Origin: Octopus sinensis
Taxonomy: Eukaryota
Assembly (NCBI RefSeq): GCF_006345805.1
Contig: NC_043009.1
Span: forward strand, 55,490,001-55,554,000
Direction of reading: 5' to 3'
DNA: 64,000 nucleotides
In this document: one piece after another, positions 1-12,899 of the stretch
Numbering within the stretch: the first letter of the stretch is position 1
Layout of the letters: every line of letters begins with the position of its first letter
Position numbers and translations under genes: made by a program
Notes under the pieces: generated by a model
The model's input: only the letters and a program-made list of their open reading frames with translations
Database searches by the model: none
What the model was told of the DNA's origin: nothing

Positions 1-20
1 TGTCCTATATACCCTTATAC

Positions 21-252
21 CTATTTCTTTACTACCCACAAGGGGCTAAACACAGAGGGGACAAACAAGGACAGACAAACGGATTAAATCTATTATATCG
101 ACCCCAGTGCCTAACTGGTACTTAATTTATCGACCCCGAAAGGATGAAAGGCAAAGTTGACCTCGGCAGAATTTGAACTCAGAACGTAGTGGCAGACGAA
201 ATACCGCTAAGCATTTCGCCCGACGTGCTAACGATTCTGCCAGCTCTCCGCC
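21..252 (-). mobile_element. SINE family B copy
   Basis: Matches other B copies (GAGCTGGCAGAA...GAGTTCAAATT...GCCTTTCATCCTTTCGGGGTCGATAAATTAAGTACC); TATACCCTTATA repeated on both flanks. Confidence 0.8.
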
Positions 253-494
253 CTATACCCTTATAACGATGAGATGGACACGGATGAAAATATTCTTGAC
301 CATAACCAGCATGGTCAGTGATGACTTAGGGACTAAATGGTAGCTCACTTTTAAATTGCGATGAGGTAAAATAAATGATGGTAATGGTGATGAAGATGAT
401 GATGATAGTGGTGGTGGTGGTGGTGATGGTGCTGGTGGTGGCGGTGATGTATATTAACTTTTTTTTTGTTAAAAGAAGCCAAAACGCACTTTAC

Positions 495-648
495 CTTGTC
501 ATGTGTATAGCACTGCGTTAGATCCACACACGCAACATCGTGGCATTCAGATATGCTGTAGAGGTTGACAAACTGGATGTGAGGTAAAGATGCAATACAC
601 CTTTTGAAAAATGGTGTGGTAACAACTTCCCCACAGAATATAATGATT
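495..648 (-). CDS. NRPS-like gene, coding exon 6 (A5 region; frame differs from the listed ORF)
   Basis: ttctttgttacAG acceptor, AAG|GTAAAG donor; 154 nt, phase 2-0; RIIIFCGEVVTTPFFKRCIASLPHIQFVNLYSISECHDVACVDLTQCYTHDK. Confidence 0.93.
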
Positions 649-1047
649 CTGTAACAAAGAACGATGATGCAATGTTAAAAAAACTAATACCACCCCTAAA
701 AAATACTTTTTTTAAAAGAAAAAAAAAGAAAACATGCGACAAAATAAATGTTTCTAACTAAATGTTGAGTGTTTTTTCCTTCTTCCTGTTCATCATAGTA
801 ATGGTGGTATTGCTGTGGATGATGGTATTTATGTTGATGGTACTGTGGTTGGGGTGTGAATTTTCCATTGAATGTGTGTGTGTGTGTGGATACATACATA
901 CATACATACATATACATATACATACATACATATATATATGTACACACACACACACATATATACAAAAACACACACACATGTATACACGCACACATACACA
1001 CGTATATATACATATATATATATATATGCATGGATTCATATTTATAC

Positions 1048-1090
<43 letters not shown>

Positions 1091-1825
1091 AATACATGTG
1101 TGTGTGTAGACTCACACACACATACATGTGTGTGTATATGCATATGCATATAGATATATATATATATATATATATGAATATATGTGTAGACATGTTTTTA
1201 TATATGTATATATATATGTATATGTGTATACAGGTATGTGTGTGTATGTGTGTGTATGTTTGTGTATGTGTGCCTCTGTGTGTGTATATATATATAGCAT
1301 GGAAGGCAGATGTTAAACGATGATAATGATGATGATGATGATGATGATATAATATATTATATATATATATATATTATATATATATATATATTATATATAT
1401 ATATATGTATATATATATACACACACACATATACATATATGTGTGTACATGTATTTATATGTATTTGTGTATTAGAAGATTAAGTTGTGGGTCACAATTC
1501 TACTATGTATATTAACTGAAAATAATAAAGAACAAATAAAACAATAAAAAAAAAATGCCATATTTTAATCTTGAGCAAGGCTGGGTATCTTTGCTAGTAT
1601 ATATATATATATTATATATATATATAGGCGCAGGAGTGGCTGTGTGGTAAGTAGCTGTTTACCAACCACATCCATTATTTAATCTTACTGGATTAGAAAC
1701 ACCATACAGATATGTGTGGGTTTGTCCATACACACAGGTTTTCACATACATAAAACTCTACATGACATGTTTCATTAATGGAAATGTATATGCATCGCAT
1801 CTGTGTATATATACATACATTTATA

Positions 1826-1870
<45 letters not shown>

Positions 1871-1971
1871 ATAATGGGAAAGTTTACGAAAATAAACAAA
1901 AGACGAAGGCAGGTGGAGTACAAATAGACAAATGTATTAGTATAGCGCTCAGGAATAGAAATAGAAAAAGT

Positions 1972-2007
1972 CTTTTACGTTTCGAGCCTACGCTCTTTGA
2001 CAGAAAG
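1972..2007 (-). ncRNA. Hammerhead-like motif with degenerate core in Penelope-LTR-like repeat (duplicate at 2867-2902)
   Basis: CTTT CTGTCAA A GAGC-GTAG-GCTC GAA ACGT A AAAG. Confidence 0.5.
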
Positions 2008-2274
2008 ATACACAGAAAAAAACAAGGAGAGAAACAAGGAGAGAAAAAATGCATGTAGGAGCTAATGATCTATCATTGTGTCCTGACTTCGATGATTATA
2101 TATATATAGAGCAGTTGTTATACTGTCAACTTAATGTGACGGTCCCACAAGGGAATCACACTACTGCTATTTAGCCCTAGGAAGCATCAACACTTCCTGT
2201 CAGCCACGACACATTTCCTGTGTCCTTATGTTTACAAGGGGGAGACAAGCACCCCCATTCAGCTAAGCCTGCAT

Positions 2275-2314
2275 CCAGAGACTAGTTTCTGAGTCCTGCT
2301 CGTCATCAGTTTGG
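2275..2314 (-). ncRNA. Minimal type I hammerhead-like motif (duplicate at 3170-3209)
   Basis: CCAAA CTGATGA CGAG-CAGGA-CTCA GAA ACTAGT C TCTGG. Intact core, palindromic stem III, GUC site; one mismatch each in stems I and II. Confidence 0.6.
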
Positions 2315-2719
2315 AGTAGCATGGCTTGCTAGCTGCAGATGCTTGTCTAGAACTTGTAACCATATATAATTCCAGTGAATTATATGTGACGAATGGTGGT
2401 GCTCCAGCATGGCTGCAGTCACATGACTGAAACAAATAAAACAATAAAAAAAAAATGCCATATTTTAATCTTGAGCAAGGCTGGTATCTTTGCTAGTATA
2501 TATATATATATATATATAGGCGCAGGAGTGGCTGTGTGGTAAGTAGCTTGTTTACCAACCACATCCATTATTTAATCTTACTGGATTAGAAACACCATAC
2601 AGATATGTGTGGGTTTGTCCATACACACAGGTTTTCACATACATAAAACTCTACATGACATGTTTCATTAATGGAAATGTATATGCATCGCATCTGTGTA
2701 TATATACATACATTTATAT

Positions 2720-2765
<46 letters not shown>

Positions 2766-3407
2766 ATAATGGGAAAGTTTACGAAAATAAACAAAAGACG
2801 AAGGCAGGTGGAGTACAAATAGACAAATGTATTAGTATAGCGCTCAGGAATAGAAATAGAAAAAGTCTTTTACGTTTCGAGCCTACGCTCTTTGACAGAA
2901 AGATACACAGAAAAAAACAAGGAGAGAAACAAGGAGAGAAAAAATGCATGTAGGAGCTAATGATCTATCATTGTGTCCTGACTTCGATGATTATATATAT
3001 ATAGAGCAGTTGTATACTGTCAACTTAATGTGACGGTCCCACAAAGGGAATCACACTACTGCTATTTAGCCCTAGGAAGCATCAACACTTCCTGTCAGCC
3101 ACGACACATTTCCTGTGTCCTTATGTTTACAAGGGGGAGACAAGCACCCCCATTCAGCTAAGCCTGCATCCAGAGACTAGTTTCTGAGTCCTGCTCGTCA
3201 TCAGTTTGGAGTAGCATGGCTTGCTAGCTGCAGATGCTTGTCTAGAACTTGTAACCATATATAATTCCAGTGAATTATATGTGACGAATGGTGGTGCTCC
3301 AGCATGGCTGCAGTCACATGACTGAAACAAATAAAACATAAAAAAAATGCCATATTTTAATCTTGAGCAAGGCTGGGTATCTTTGCTAGTATATATATAT
3401 ATATATA

Positions 3408-3822
3408 TAGGCGCAGGAGTGGCTGTGTGGTAAGTAGCTTGTTTACCAACCACATGGTTCCGGGTTCAGTCCCACTATGTGGCACCTTGGGCAAGTGTCT
3501 TCTTCTATAGCCTCGGGCCGACCAAAGCCTTGTGAGTGGATTTGGTAGACGGAAACTGAAAGAAGCCTGTCGTATATATGTATATATATATATATATATG
3601 CGTGTGTGTATTTGTGTGTCTCTGTTTGCCCCCCTAACATTGCTTGACAACCGATGCTGGTGTGTTTATGTCCCCGTTACTTAGCGGTTCGGCAAAAGAG
3701 ACCGATAGAATAAGTACTGGGCTTACAAAACAATAAGTCCCAGAGTTGAGTTGCTCGATTAAAGACGGTGCTCCAGCAGGGCCACAGTCAAATGACTGAA
3801 ACAAGTAAAAGAGAGTAAAGAG

Positions 3823-3830
<8 letters not shown>
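3408..3830 (+). mobile_element. tRNA-derived SINE family A, full length
   Basis: A-box-like TGGCTGTGTGGTAA, B-box-like GGTTCAGTCC, internal (TA)/(TG) tract, GAGTAAAA-type tail; more than 12 copies in the window. Confidence 0.85.
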
Positions 3831-3868
<38 letters not shown>

Positions 3869-3869
3869 A

Positions 3870-4025
3870 CTGGCTTCTTTCAGTTTCCATCTACCAAATC
3901 CACTCTCAAGGCATTGGTCGGCCCAGGGCTATAGTAGAAGGCACTTGCCCAAAGTGCCATGCAGTGGGACTGAACCCGGAACCATGTATTTGGGAAGCAA
4001 GCTACTTACTCCACTGCCATGCCTA
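3870..4025 (-). mobile_element. SINE family A, 5' half
   Basis: Reverse complement of the family A head. Confidence 0.75.
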
Positions 4026-4284
4026 TTGGCAGTATTTAGGTAGTACTTTTCCATTGCTTTATAAATGCATGTTCTTTTTGCATAATTGCATTTCATCTTA
4101 TAGGTTGACTTCATTTTTCATTACTGATGTTAGACTTTCATTTACGTTGCATGCCTTGCCAGCATTCTTCCCACATGCATGCCATATGTATAGTTACACA
4201 TGTATACAATAGCAATATATGATACAGTGATATCAAATCAATGTAAAACATGCTATCTTCGAGACAACAGCATGTTTGCCTGAG

Positions 4285-4339
<55 letters not shown>

Positions 4340-4344
4340 TTATC

Positions 4345-4442
<98 letters not shown>

Positions 4443-4454
4443 CAATCACACAAA

Positions 4455-4485
<31 letters not shown>

Positions 4486-4512
4486 CACACACACACACAC
4501 ACACACTCACAC
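4285..4512. repeat. (TATC)n then (CA)n microsatellites
   Basis: Direct inspection; source of the YLSI ORFs. Confidence 0.95.
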
Positions 4513-4994
4513 ACATTCAATCGTAGGATTCATTAGAATCTGGGTATTTTAATGTGTTGGATGCCAGGAAAGGCTAGGTACTGGGCTTGCAATATTCAGT
4601 TGTGGTTATCTGACTGTATGGTGAAAGTCTGTATATACAAGTCTGCAAGTCAATCAATATATGAGGACATGTAGACAAATATATTTATTTTAAACTCTTC
4701 GATTGTTTGTTTAGAATCACTTGATGATGACAGATTTTTATCATGATGTAATTAAAGTATTCATCAAAAAAATGTTGCTGAAACCAGCTGTTGTGAGTTT
4801 TTAAACACCATGTAAACACACACACACACGTATGTATATGTGTGTTTGTGTGTGTATGTGTGTGTGTGTACGTACGTGTGTGTATGCGAGCACATGCATG
4901 TATATAAACATATTTTTCAAAATGTGACCTCGTGTGTACCGTTGGCGATTTTTTTTCCTCTGTCTTCCCTTCTCTGGATCTTTCCTTCTCCTAT

Positions 4995-5029
4995 GTTTCT
5001 GACGAAGAGCTCTGCTCGAAACGTTAAAC
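4995..5029 (+). ncRNA. Minimal hammerhead-like motif in Penelope-LTR-like repeat (~4915-5130)
   Basis: GTTT CTGACGA A GAGC-TCT-GCTC GAA ACGT T AAAC. Intact core and stems; GUU triplet. Confidence 0.65.
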
Positions 5030-6071
5030 CCTCCTTCCTTCTTTCCTGAGCATCCAATAATACTATATTTGTTCCATGTCCTCGTGTTGTTGTGTTTTTT
5101 TGTGTTTTCTTGTTTGGATTAACTTTATATATATATATATATATATATAATTTTTTTTTCAGAATGAGATAAAATACCAAGGCTGTGAAGATTTTAGAAC
5201 ATTTATAAATAGAAGGTCTTACAGCTGTTTCCAGGATATTTATATATCCCTTCATTGGAGACAGTGTGAGAAAATGGTTAAGCAAAAGTTAATTTAGACA
5301 AGATATGAAATAGTACAGCTTTGCCAAGGCTCACAACAAGGATATACACATTACCATGCATGCTAGAACCCTACTCTTCAGTAAAGGCTTGGCTTGGGCC
5401 AAACAGGGTTCCTTCGACAGGGCAATGGGTGCATTCGACAGCATTGACATATGTGACCTAGTCTGTCTCTTCATCCTAGATACACTAAAAAGAAATTCCC
5501 TTCAACTAGCTTTGGACTCTACAAAGAGGACATGTTGACAATATCAAGAGAGGCTAATGGCCACATGCTAGATAGTCTCAGAATGTGTGTGTATCATAAT
5601 CATCCAGTGTTTTAAATCCGAGTTTTGTTCCTGTTAATGAGGGTGGCTACATCTACCTCAATGCCATAGCAACCTTTGCTATCATGAGGCTTCTTTGGAG
5701 CTGGATTTTCTACAGGGTGCATGCCCTTGCTTAGCCCCAACCTCAGTTTCTAGACATGAGTGGTCCTGAGACCAAGGCCTCTACCATGATTTTTAAGAAA
5801 TGTAGTGGAATTACATTTCTTAAAATTACAATGTAGTGGAATTACTTCTAATTCACCATTACTCTAATTAAATACTCTAAATGACCTGAGATATTTCTCC
5901 TGACTTGGTTTTGCTGTCTTTTATATTCTATCACACACACACACATATACAAATATGCATATAAATATATAAAGTTAATCCAAACAAGAAAACACAAAAA
6001 GACACAACAATGTGAGGACGTGGAACAAATGTAGTATTATTGGACGCTCAGGAAAGAAGGAAAGAAAGAGG

Positions 6072-6106
6072 GTTTAACGTTTCGAGCGGAGCTCTTCGTT
6101 GGAAAC
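6072..6106 (-). ncRNA. Hammerhead-like motif with mutated core, same family (~5960-6190)
   Basis: GTTT CCAACGA A GAGC-TCC-GCTC GAA ACGT T AAAC. Confidence 0.5.
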
Positions 6107-6499
6107 ATAGGAGAAAGAAAGATCCAGAGAAGGGAAGACAGAGTAAAAAAATCGCCAACGGTACACACGAGGTCACATGCACACATACACACATGTATAT
6201 ATACATGTACATGTGTGTGCTTGTGTTGTGGGTGAGTGTAAAGAGAGACAGAGAGAGAAAGAAAGAGAGAGAGAGAGATTCACGTAAAATCTGAATTTTA
6301 ATGCAAAAGGCATCAACTGAGAAAATTTGATAGTATTAAGTACTATTTCTTCTGTTCTTTAAAAACAAAATATATACATGCACACTCACACACACACACA
6401 CACACATACAAACACACACACACACACACATGCATAAATGATGGCTGCTACTTGATTTTGACCCTTTTCAGACACAACTAGAATGGTTCAAAGAGTGAT

Positions 6500-6772
6500 A
6501 ACTCCTGACTCATCCCATGCCAGTGGCATGTAAAAAGCACCATTCAAGCATAGTCGATGCCAGTACTGCCTGACTGGCCCTCATACTGGTGGCAAATAAA
6601 AAGCACCTACTACACTCTTGGAGTGGTTGGCATTAGGAAGGGCATCCAGCTGTAGAACCATTGCCAGATCAGACTGGAGATTGGTGCAGCCTTTTGGCTT
6701 GCCAGCCCTCAGTCAAACCGTCCAACCCAAGACAACATGGAATGTGGACATTAAACGATGATGATGATGATA
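6500..6772 (+). mobile_element. Family C (GAT)n-tailed retroelement 3' end
   Basis: GAGTGGTTGGCATTAGGAAGGGCATCCAGCTGTAGAA...TTAAACGATGATGATG, shared with many copies. Confidence 0.8.
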
Positions 6773-6840
6773 TATAGTCGCCATGATAGATTGGTAGCCA
6801 CTACACACATTTTTTTCTCTCCTTGTTTTCTTCTGTGTCC

Positions 6841-6876
6841 CTTTCTGTAGAAGAGCGTAGGCTCAAAACGTAAAAC
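6841..6876 (+). ncRNA. Degenerate hammerhead-like motif, same family
   Basis: CTTT CTGTAGA A GAGC-GTAG-GCTC AAA ACGT A AAAC. Confidence 0.4.
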
Positions 6877-6986
6877 ACTTTTACAATTCCTGAGCGTTAT
6901 ACTAATACATCTGTTTGTTTTCTACACCACCTGTCTTCGTCTTTTGTTTTTTTCACGAACTCTCCCCCTTATATATACATATATAT

Positions 6987-7049
<63 letters not shown>

Positions 7050-9455
7050 TTTATATATATATATATATAATATATATACATATCTGTATACACACACACA
7101 AACATATGCATATATATTTCCTCACTTATTTGTAATACCAGGCTAGCATGAATTGGATATCAGACATTGATACATAGTAAATTCATATACGTACCATCAT
7201 CAAATAAATGTTAATTGTTTAAAAAAACACTGCAGTGATGGTAGATATAAAGCAAAATAAAAAGAACACAAAAATAAAAGCACAAAAAATTAAACATAAA
7301 TAACTACTATAATAAAAAAAAAAACTTCAAAAGTTCTTTTAAAATAAAAAAACAAAAATGAGTTTTATTTTATTTTGACATTTTCCAAGTCAAAAGGTTA
7401 GATTAGTCATTTTGGAAGTCTGGGAACGTCTTCTAGAAAATTCTAACAATATATTGGCTGTTTTATTATTTCTCTATGAAACTATTTTTTTGTTTTGCTT
7501 ATTATTTATTATAATTACTTAGACATACACTTGTGCTTATACTCATTTGCACATGCACACACACACACACACACACACACGCATACACACATATACAAAC
7601 ACATACAAACATGCACACACATGCACTCACAAGTACACACATAGATGCAAATACTGACACACACACACACACATACACGCAAACACACACACACACACAA
7701 CCACTCACACACATGCATACATACAAACACACACCCGCGCACACATGCACACACGCACACACGCACACACACACACACGCACACGCACGCACACACTCTC
7801 GAATCCTCTTTCATCCCCGACTTTCAATTTCATGAATTACGTCTACAGCAGCCCTTCACGAAATTCAAACAACAGATTAAACAAAGAGAGTCTGACCCCT
7901 CTTGCCTTCCTTTATTACTTTCTTTATCTATTTTCTTTTTGGGAGTTTTGTTCCATTTTGAAAGTAGGGGAAGAAGAACAGAAAGAGAAAAGTGTGTTTA
8001 CATTTAAAGGTGAAAAGGTCACCTGTGACTGAAATGTTCTGTTGTGAAACTGAGAGACACAACAGTTAAAATGAATCCAGAGATATATATGTCATAACCC
8101 CAGATATCTGTTTGTTATTTAATTATTTTGCATCCTATCTCTCCCTCCTCCCCATCTCTCTCTTTCTCCCACCTTCAATTAAAATATACCTGACACTATG
8201 TTAAACCTTTATCAAGTATCTGCAATATGCATAATGCTGACTGGAAATTGTTAGTTTCCAAAATGTTTAAATGAATGAAAGTACTTTTCCTTCTTTTGTG
8301 GTTGGGATGTTTTTGTTGTGAATGAAATTGAACTCATCATCATCGCAGCAAGAAAGATCAATGGAATAAGTACTGGGTTTTAAAAAAAAAATAAGTACTG
8401 GGGGTTGATTTTCTTAACTAAAGGTTTAAAGTCAGTGTCCTAACAGGGCTGCAGTTTAATGACTGAAACAAGTATAAAGACAACATGTAATAGACATGAT
8501 TAAACAGAAACAATAGTTGCCCAACTATGTTTGGAATGACACAGACATCCACTCCTCTCTAACATAGACACACACATACACACACACACATACACACACA
8601 CACACACACAGACACACACATAACACACACACATACAGACACACAAACACACAGACACACAGACACACACACACACACACTCACACTCACACACACAGAC
8701 ACACACACACAGACACACAGGCACACACACACACACCATCTGAACACATGTTGCACAATATGGAAGCTGTTATGTGGGTTTTCGACTTTCTAGAAATAGC
8801 TGTCAGATCACCCTCACATAAAACTTTACACACTTAGAAGGGATGGACACATTTCAAAATTTAGTGCTGGATGCACAAAATGATGGAATAGTCACTACCA
8901 TTCATTCATTCATTCATTTTCTTTACTCATTATTCCTGGAAGAATCATAGTGGTAGAGTTCTCAGACGCTTCTATAGAGTCCTATCAGAAGCAACCATCA
9001 TTACACTTCCTGGCTGGATTCCCAATTGTGACCAACTTAGATTATAGATATTATACAACTATCTCATTCTTGGACTCCCTCTAGGTCTCCTGCTGGTTGG
9101 CTTGGCTCAAAGAATCTGTCTTGAAATCCTTTCCAGTGCAAGATTCTAAACATATATCTATAATACTTCTCTCAAGAAGTAGTGACTTGACCTAGAAAGA
9201 CGAGCTGATCTCTGAGCTATATACTGTTGAGCAATATTGAATATACATTTAAATGCATGCATGCATGCAAACATGCACACATGTACGCACACACACACAC
9301 ACACACACACACTTAAATACATACAAACACACAACTCCCTTTCAGTTTACTGGTTTATATTATTTTGAAAATCCATCCATCCATCCGTCTGTCCATCCAT
9401 CCATCCATCCATCCACCCATCCATCCACCTATTAATCCATCCATCCGTCTATCTG

Positions 9456-9486
<31 letters not shown>

Positions 9487-10102
9487 CTCTATCTATCCAT
9501 TGTCCGTCTGTCCACCCATCCATCCATTTCTCCCTGTCCAATATTTCTGAGAGATTCGTTGGAGGTGTGGGTGGGGAGTCCTCAGGTGCATCCTTCATAG
9601 GGTTATCAGAAGCAACTGTCGTTACACTTTCTGACTGGATTCTCATGCGTGACCAAGGACAGGATTCTTTCCTGAGACATTCTGATCACATGTCAACTAT
9701 GACAAAAAACAAAAACACCCACTCCCCCTACATCCCCTGCTTCCAAGACACACACACACACACACACACACACACTTAAATACATACAAACACACAATTT
9801 CCATACAATTTACTGGTTTACACTACTCAGCATGTCTGGCAAGAGATTCGATATGAAAATCTATTCATCCATCCATCCATTCATCCATTTTTTCCTGACC
9901 ACTATTTCTGAGAAAGTCGTTAGGGTGGAGTCTTCAGGTACATCCTCCATAGGGTTCTATCTGGAGCAATTGTCGTTACACTTTCTGGCAGGATTCTCAT
10001 GCATGGCCAACAACAGTATACTTCCCTGTGACGTTCTGATCACGTGTCAACTACGGCAAAGAACAGAAACACCCACTCCTACTCACATCCCCTATCCCCA
10101 AG

Positions 10103-10134
<32 letters not shown>

Positions 10135-10189
10135 GTGGCATAAAATCTTGATATTTTTTTTATTATAGTTATTTCTTGATGTTACCTAC

Positions 10190-10358
10190 CTCATGCTAGA
10201 AAAGCAGTCCTGAAGATGTTTTAGGTTGATGGTATTCAAGGTGACTTCCAAAAGGGATGGAGTAAATAACATACGAGTAATTTGATTATTTTTAAGGAAC
10301 TTGCACAGTTGAATCGGGTCGTAGATAACATTGTCGGGGATTATATACATTGGAATAC
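10190..10358 (-). CDS. NRPS-like gene, coding exon 5
   Basis: ttttgtcAG acceptor, AG|GTAGGT donor; 169 nt, phase 1-2; GIPMYIIPDNVIYDPIQLCKFLKNNQITRMLFTPSLLEVTLNTINLKHLQDCFSSMR. Confidence 0.93.
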
Positions 10359-10879
10359 CTGACAAAAGATGAGAAAAGGGATTAGAAAAGGTCAGAAAAA
10401 GGAATTTATACAAATCTTTAACTTTTTTTTTCTTTTCTATATTTTTGTGTTTCTACTGAGAGGTGTTACTATTATTATTATTATTATAGAGAGCTGGGCA
10501 AATCGTTAGCATGCCAGGCAAAATGCTTAGCAGTAATTCATCTGTCTTCATGCTCTGAGTTCAAATACCACTGTGGTTGATTTTGCCTTTCATCTTTTCA
10601 GGGTTGATAAACTAAGTACCAGTAACAGCAACAACAGGCCTAGGGACTATTATTCTCAGATTATCACCTGTTGTGACCCCAGAAATAGCAGAGGAGATTG
10701 TCTCCCCCTTGATTCCAAGAGCTAACTAGGAAGTTGAGTACAAAGAAACCTAGTAGTGCCACCCCATTATGTAATGTTGAGGGTGAAATGGAAACTGGAG
10801 AAAGGTGCCAAACTGTTGAGGACATCACGGATATATATAAAAGAAAGAAAATTGAAACAAATAGAGAAAAAAATAGGAG

Positions 10880-11303
10880 CCTATTTCTTGTTTCTTTATT
10901 GCCCACAAGGGGCTGAACATAGAGGGGACAAACAAGGACAGACAAAGGTATTAAGTCGATTACATCGACCCCAGTGCATAACTGGTACTTAATTTATCGA
11001 CTCCGAAAGGATGAAAGGCAAAGTCGATCCTGGCGGCATTTGGAGTCAAAACACGAAGACAGACGAAATACCTATTTCTCTATTACCCACAAGGGGCTGA
11101 ACACAGAGAGGACAAACAAGGACAGACAAACGGATTAAGTTGATTACATCAACCCCAGTGCATAACTGGTACTTAATTTATCGACCCCGAGAAGATGAAA
11201 GGCAAAGTCGACCTCGTCTGAATTTGAACTCAGAACGTAACAACAGACGAAATACTGCTAAGCATTTCACTCGGCGTGCTAACGTTTCTGCCAGCTTGCC
11301 GCC
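10880..11303 (-). mobile_element. SINE family B with internal tandem duplication and TSD
   Basis: Two partial units; AGAAAAAAATAGGAGCCT on both flanks. Confidence 0.8.
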
Positions 11304-12329
11304 ATAGAAAAAAATAGGAGCCTAAGCAGAAGGCATACAAGACCTGTGGTCTTCTCAATCAGGGCTGGCCTGAAACTAAACAACTTGGCTATATTAGTCC
11401 ATTACAGTATAGTCTATTCACCTTGGGTTAGTTTCCATTGACATATGTTTCAGTCTGTGAGTTGTAACAAACTAAATAAACAAAATGAAAACCAGTGTTT
11501 ACAAAGACTTAATTATTTTTTTTATTTAATGTGGGATATGTTGGAATATGTTATTTATTAAAGTGCAATATATTGGGATATATTATGGCTGTCTGCTGTA
11601 ACACAGTGAGTCTTAAGTCTCTTAAACTGCCTTTATTGATTAATTCATGGAGACAAAGGAATGCGTTGGTAGTAATGTCAATAAAAGATTAAGAGCTCTT
11701 TTAGTAAAATTCCAATAAATCAATACAGTTAGCAACAACAACGAGGACGATGATGACAACAACAACAATAATCCTTTCTATAATAGGCAAAAAGGCCTGG
11801 GGAATTACAACCGTGTTTCGTGGTCTGCTACCACAACAGTTCCTTTATAGGATCCAGTTAGCTCAAAACATCATCAGGAGGAACCACGTCCGGTTAAGGC
11901 CCTTACTCCTCTACTGTTTTGATGTGACGGGGCCCCCCCTTTCTGAGGTGTCTTCAGCTCTGGTGGGAGGGGGCTAGTTGATTACATTGTCCTCAGTGCT
12001 CAATTGGTATTTATTTTTATCAACCCTGAAAGGATGAAAAGCCAAGTCGACCTCAGCAGAATTTGAACATAGAACACAAAGACTGATGAAATACTGCTAA
12101 ACATTTCACCTGCTATGCCAGTTCGCCATGGTGTCAAGGCCCTTTATGTACAGTGAAAAAATATGTTATAGAAATAGTGTTATAAAATACATAGCGATGT
12201 ACATACATATAACCAGCTAGAAACAGCTACCATATCTCAATTAAATCATCCTTTGCCCTTTTAAAAATGGAATAAAACATTGCATTTGATAATCTGAAAA
12301 GATTGGATTGTCACAGCTGTAATTATCAT

Positions 12330-12700
12330 AATCATCATCATTGTCGTTTAATGTCCATTTTCCATGCTAGCATGGGTTGCACAGTACAACCGGGGTTTGG
12401 GAAGCCAGGAGGCTGCACCAGGCTCCAGTCTGATCTGGCAGTGTTTCTACAGCTGGATGCCCTTCCTAATGCCAACCACTCCATGAGTGTAGTGGGTGCT
12501 TAGTTCAGCCGGGGTTTGGGAAGCCAGGAGGCTGCACCAGGCTCCAGTCTGATCTGGCAGTGTTTCTACAGCTGGATGCCCTTCCTAATGCCAACCACTC
12601 CGTGAGTGTAGTGGGTGCTTTTTACGTGCCGCTGGCACAGGGGCCTGGGGAGGCTGGTAAACGGCCACGATCGGTTGGTGCTTTTACATGTCACCAATAT
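12330..12700 (-). mobile_element. Family C element with tandem internal duplication
   Basis: GGGAAGCCAGGAGGCTGCACC...CCAACCACTCC present twice. Confidence 0.75.
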
Positions 12701-12899
12701 CTTCGATAATAGGTGTTCGGTTTAGGGTTGACTTGGGGCTAAACAACAAGTTATATCTAATAGACCAGTTTCCCAAATAATGGATAAGAATTTTATTATC
12801 AGTTACCTAATCATTATGGGATTAAGGCTTCAGTATTAGCCAGCCTTGTAGATCTGTTAGGGTTTGTTAAAGGGTTAATGTGAACTCAGGCATACATAC

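Larger units (their letters stand above)
1545..3450. repeat. Near-identical ~893-bp direct tandem duplication plus partial third unit
   Basis: ORFs 1714 and 2607 are identical at offset 893; copies differ mostly by 1-nt indels. Confidence 0.9.

Noticed and set aside
696-1323. HTHT/YIYI/CVCV/YLSI ORFs here and throughout the track
   Set aside because: Translations of (CA)n, (TA)n and (TATC)n microsatellites, open in several frames on both strands.
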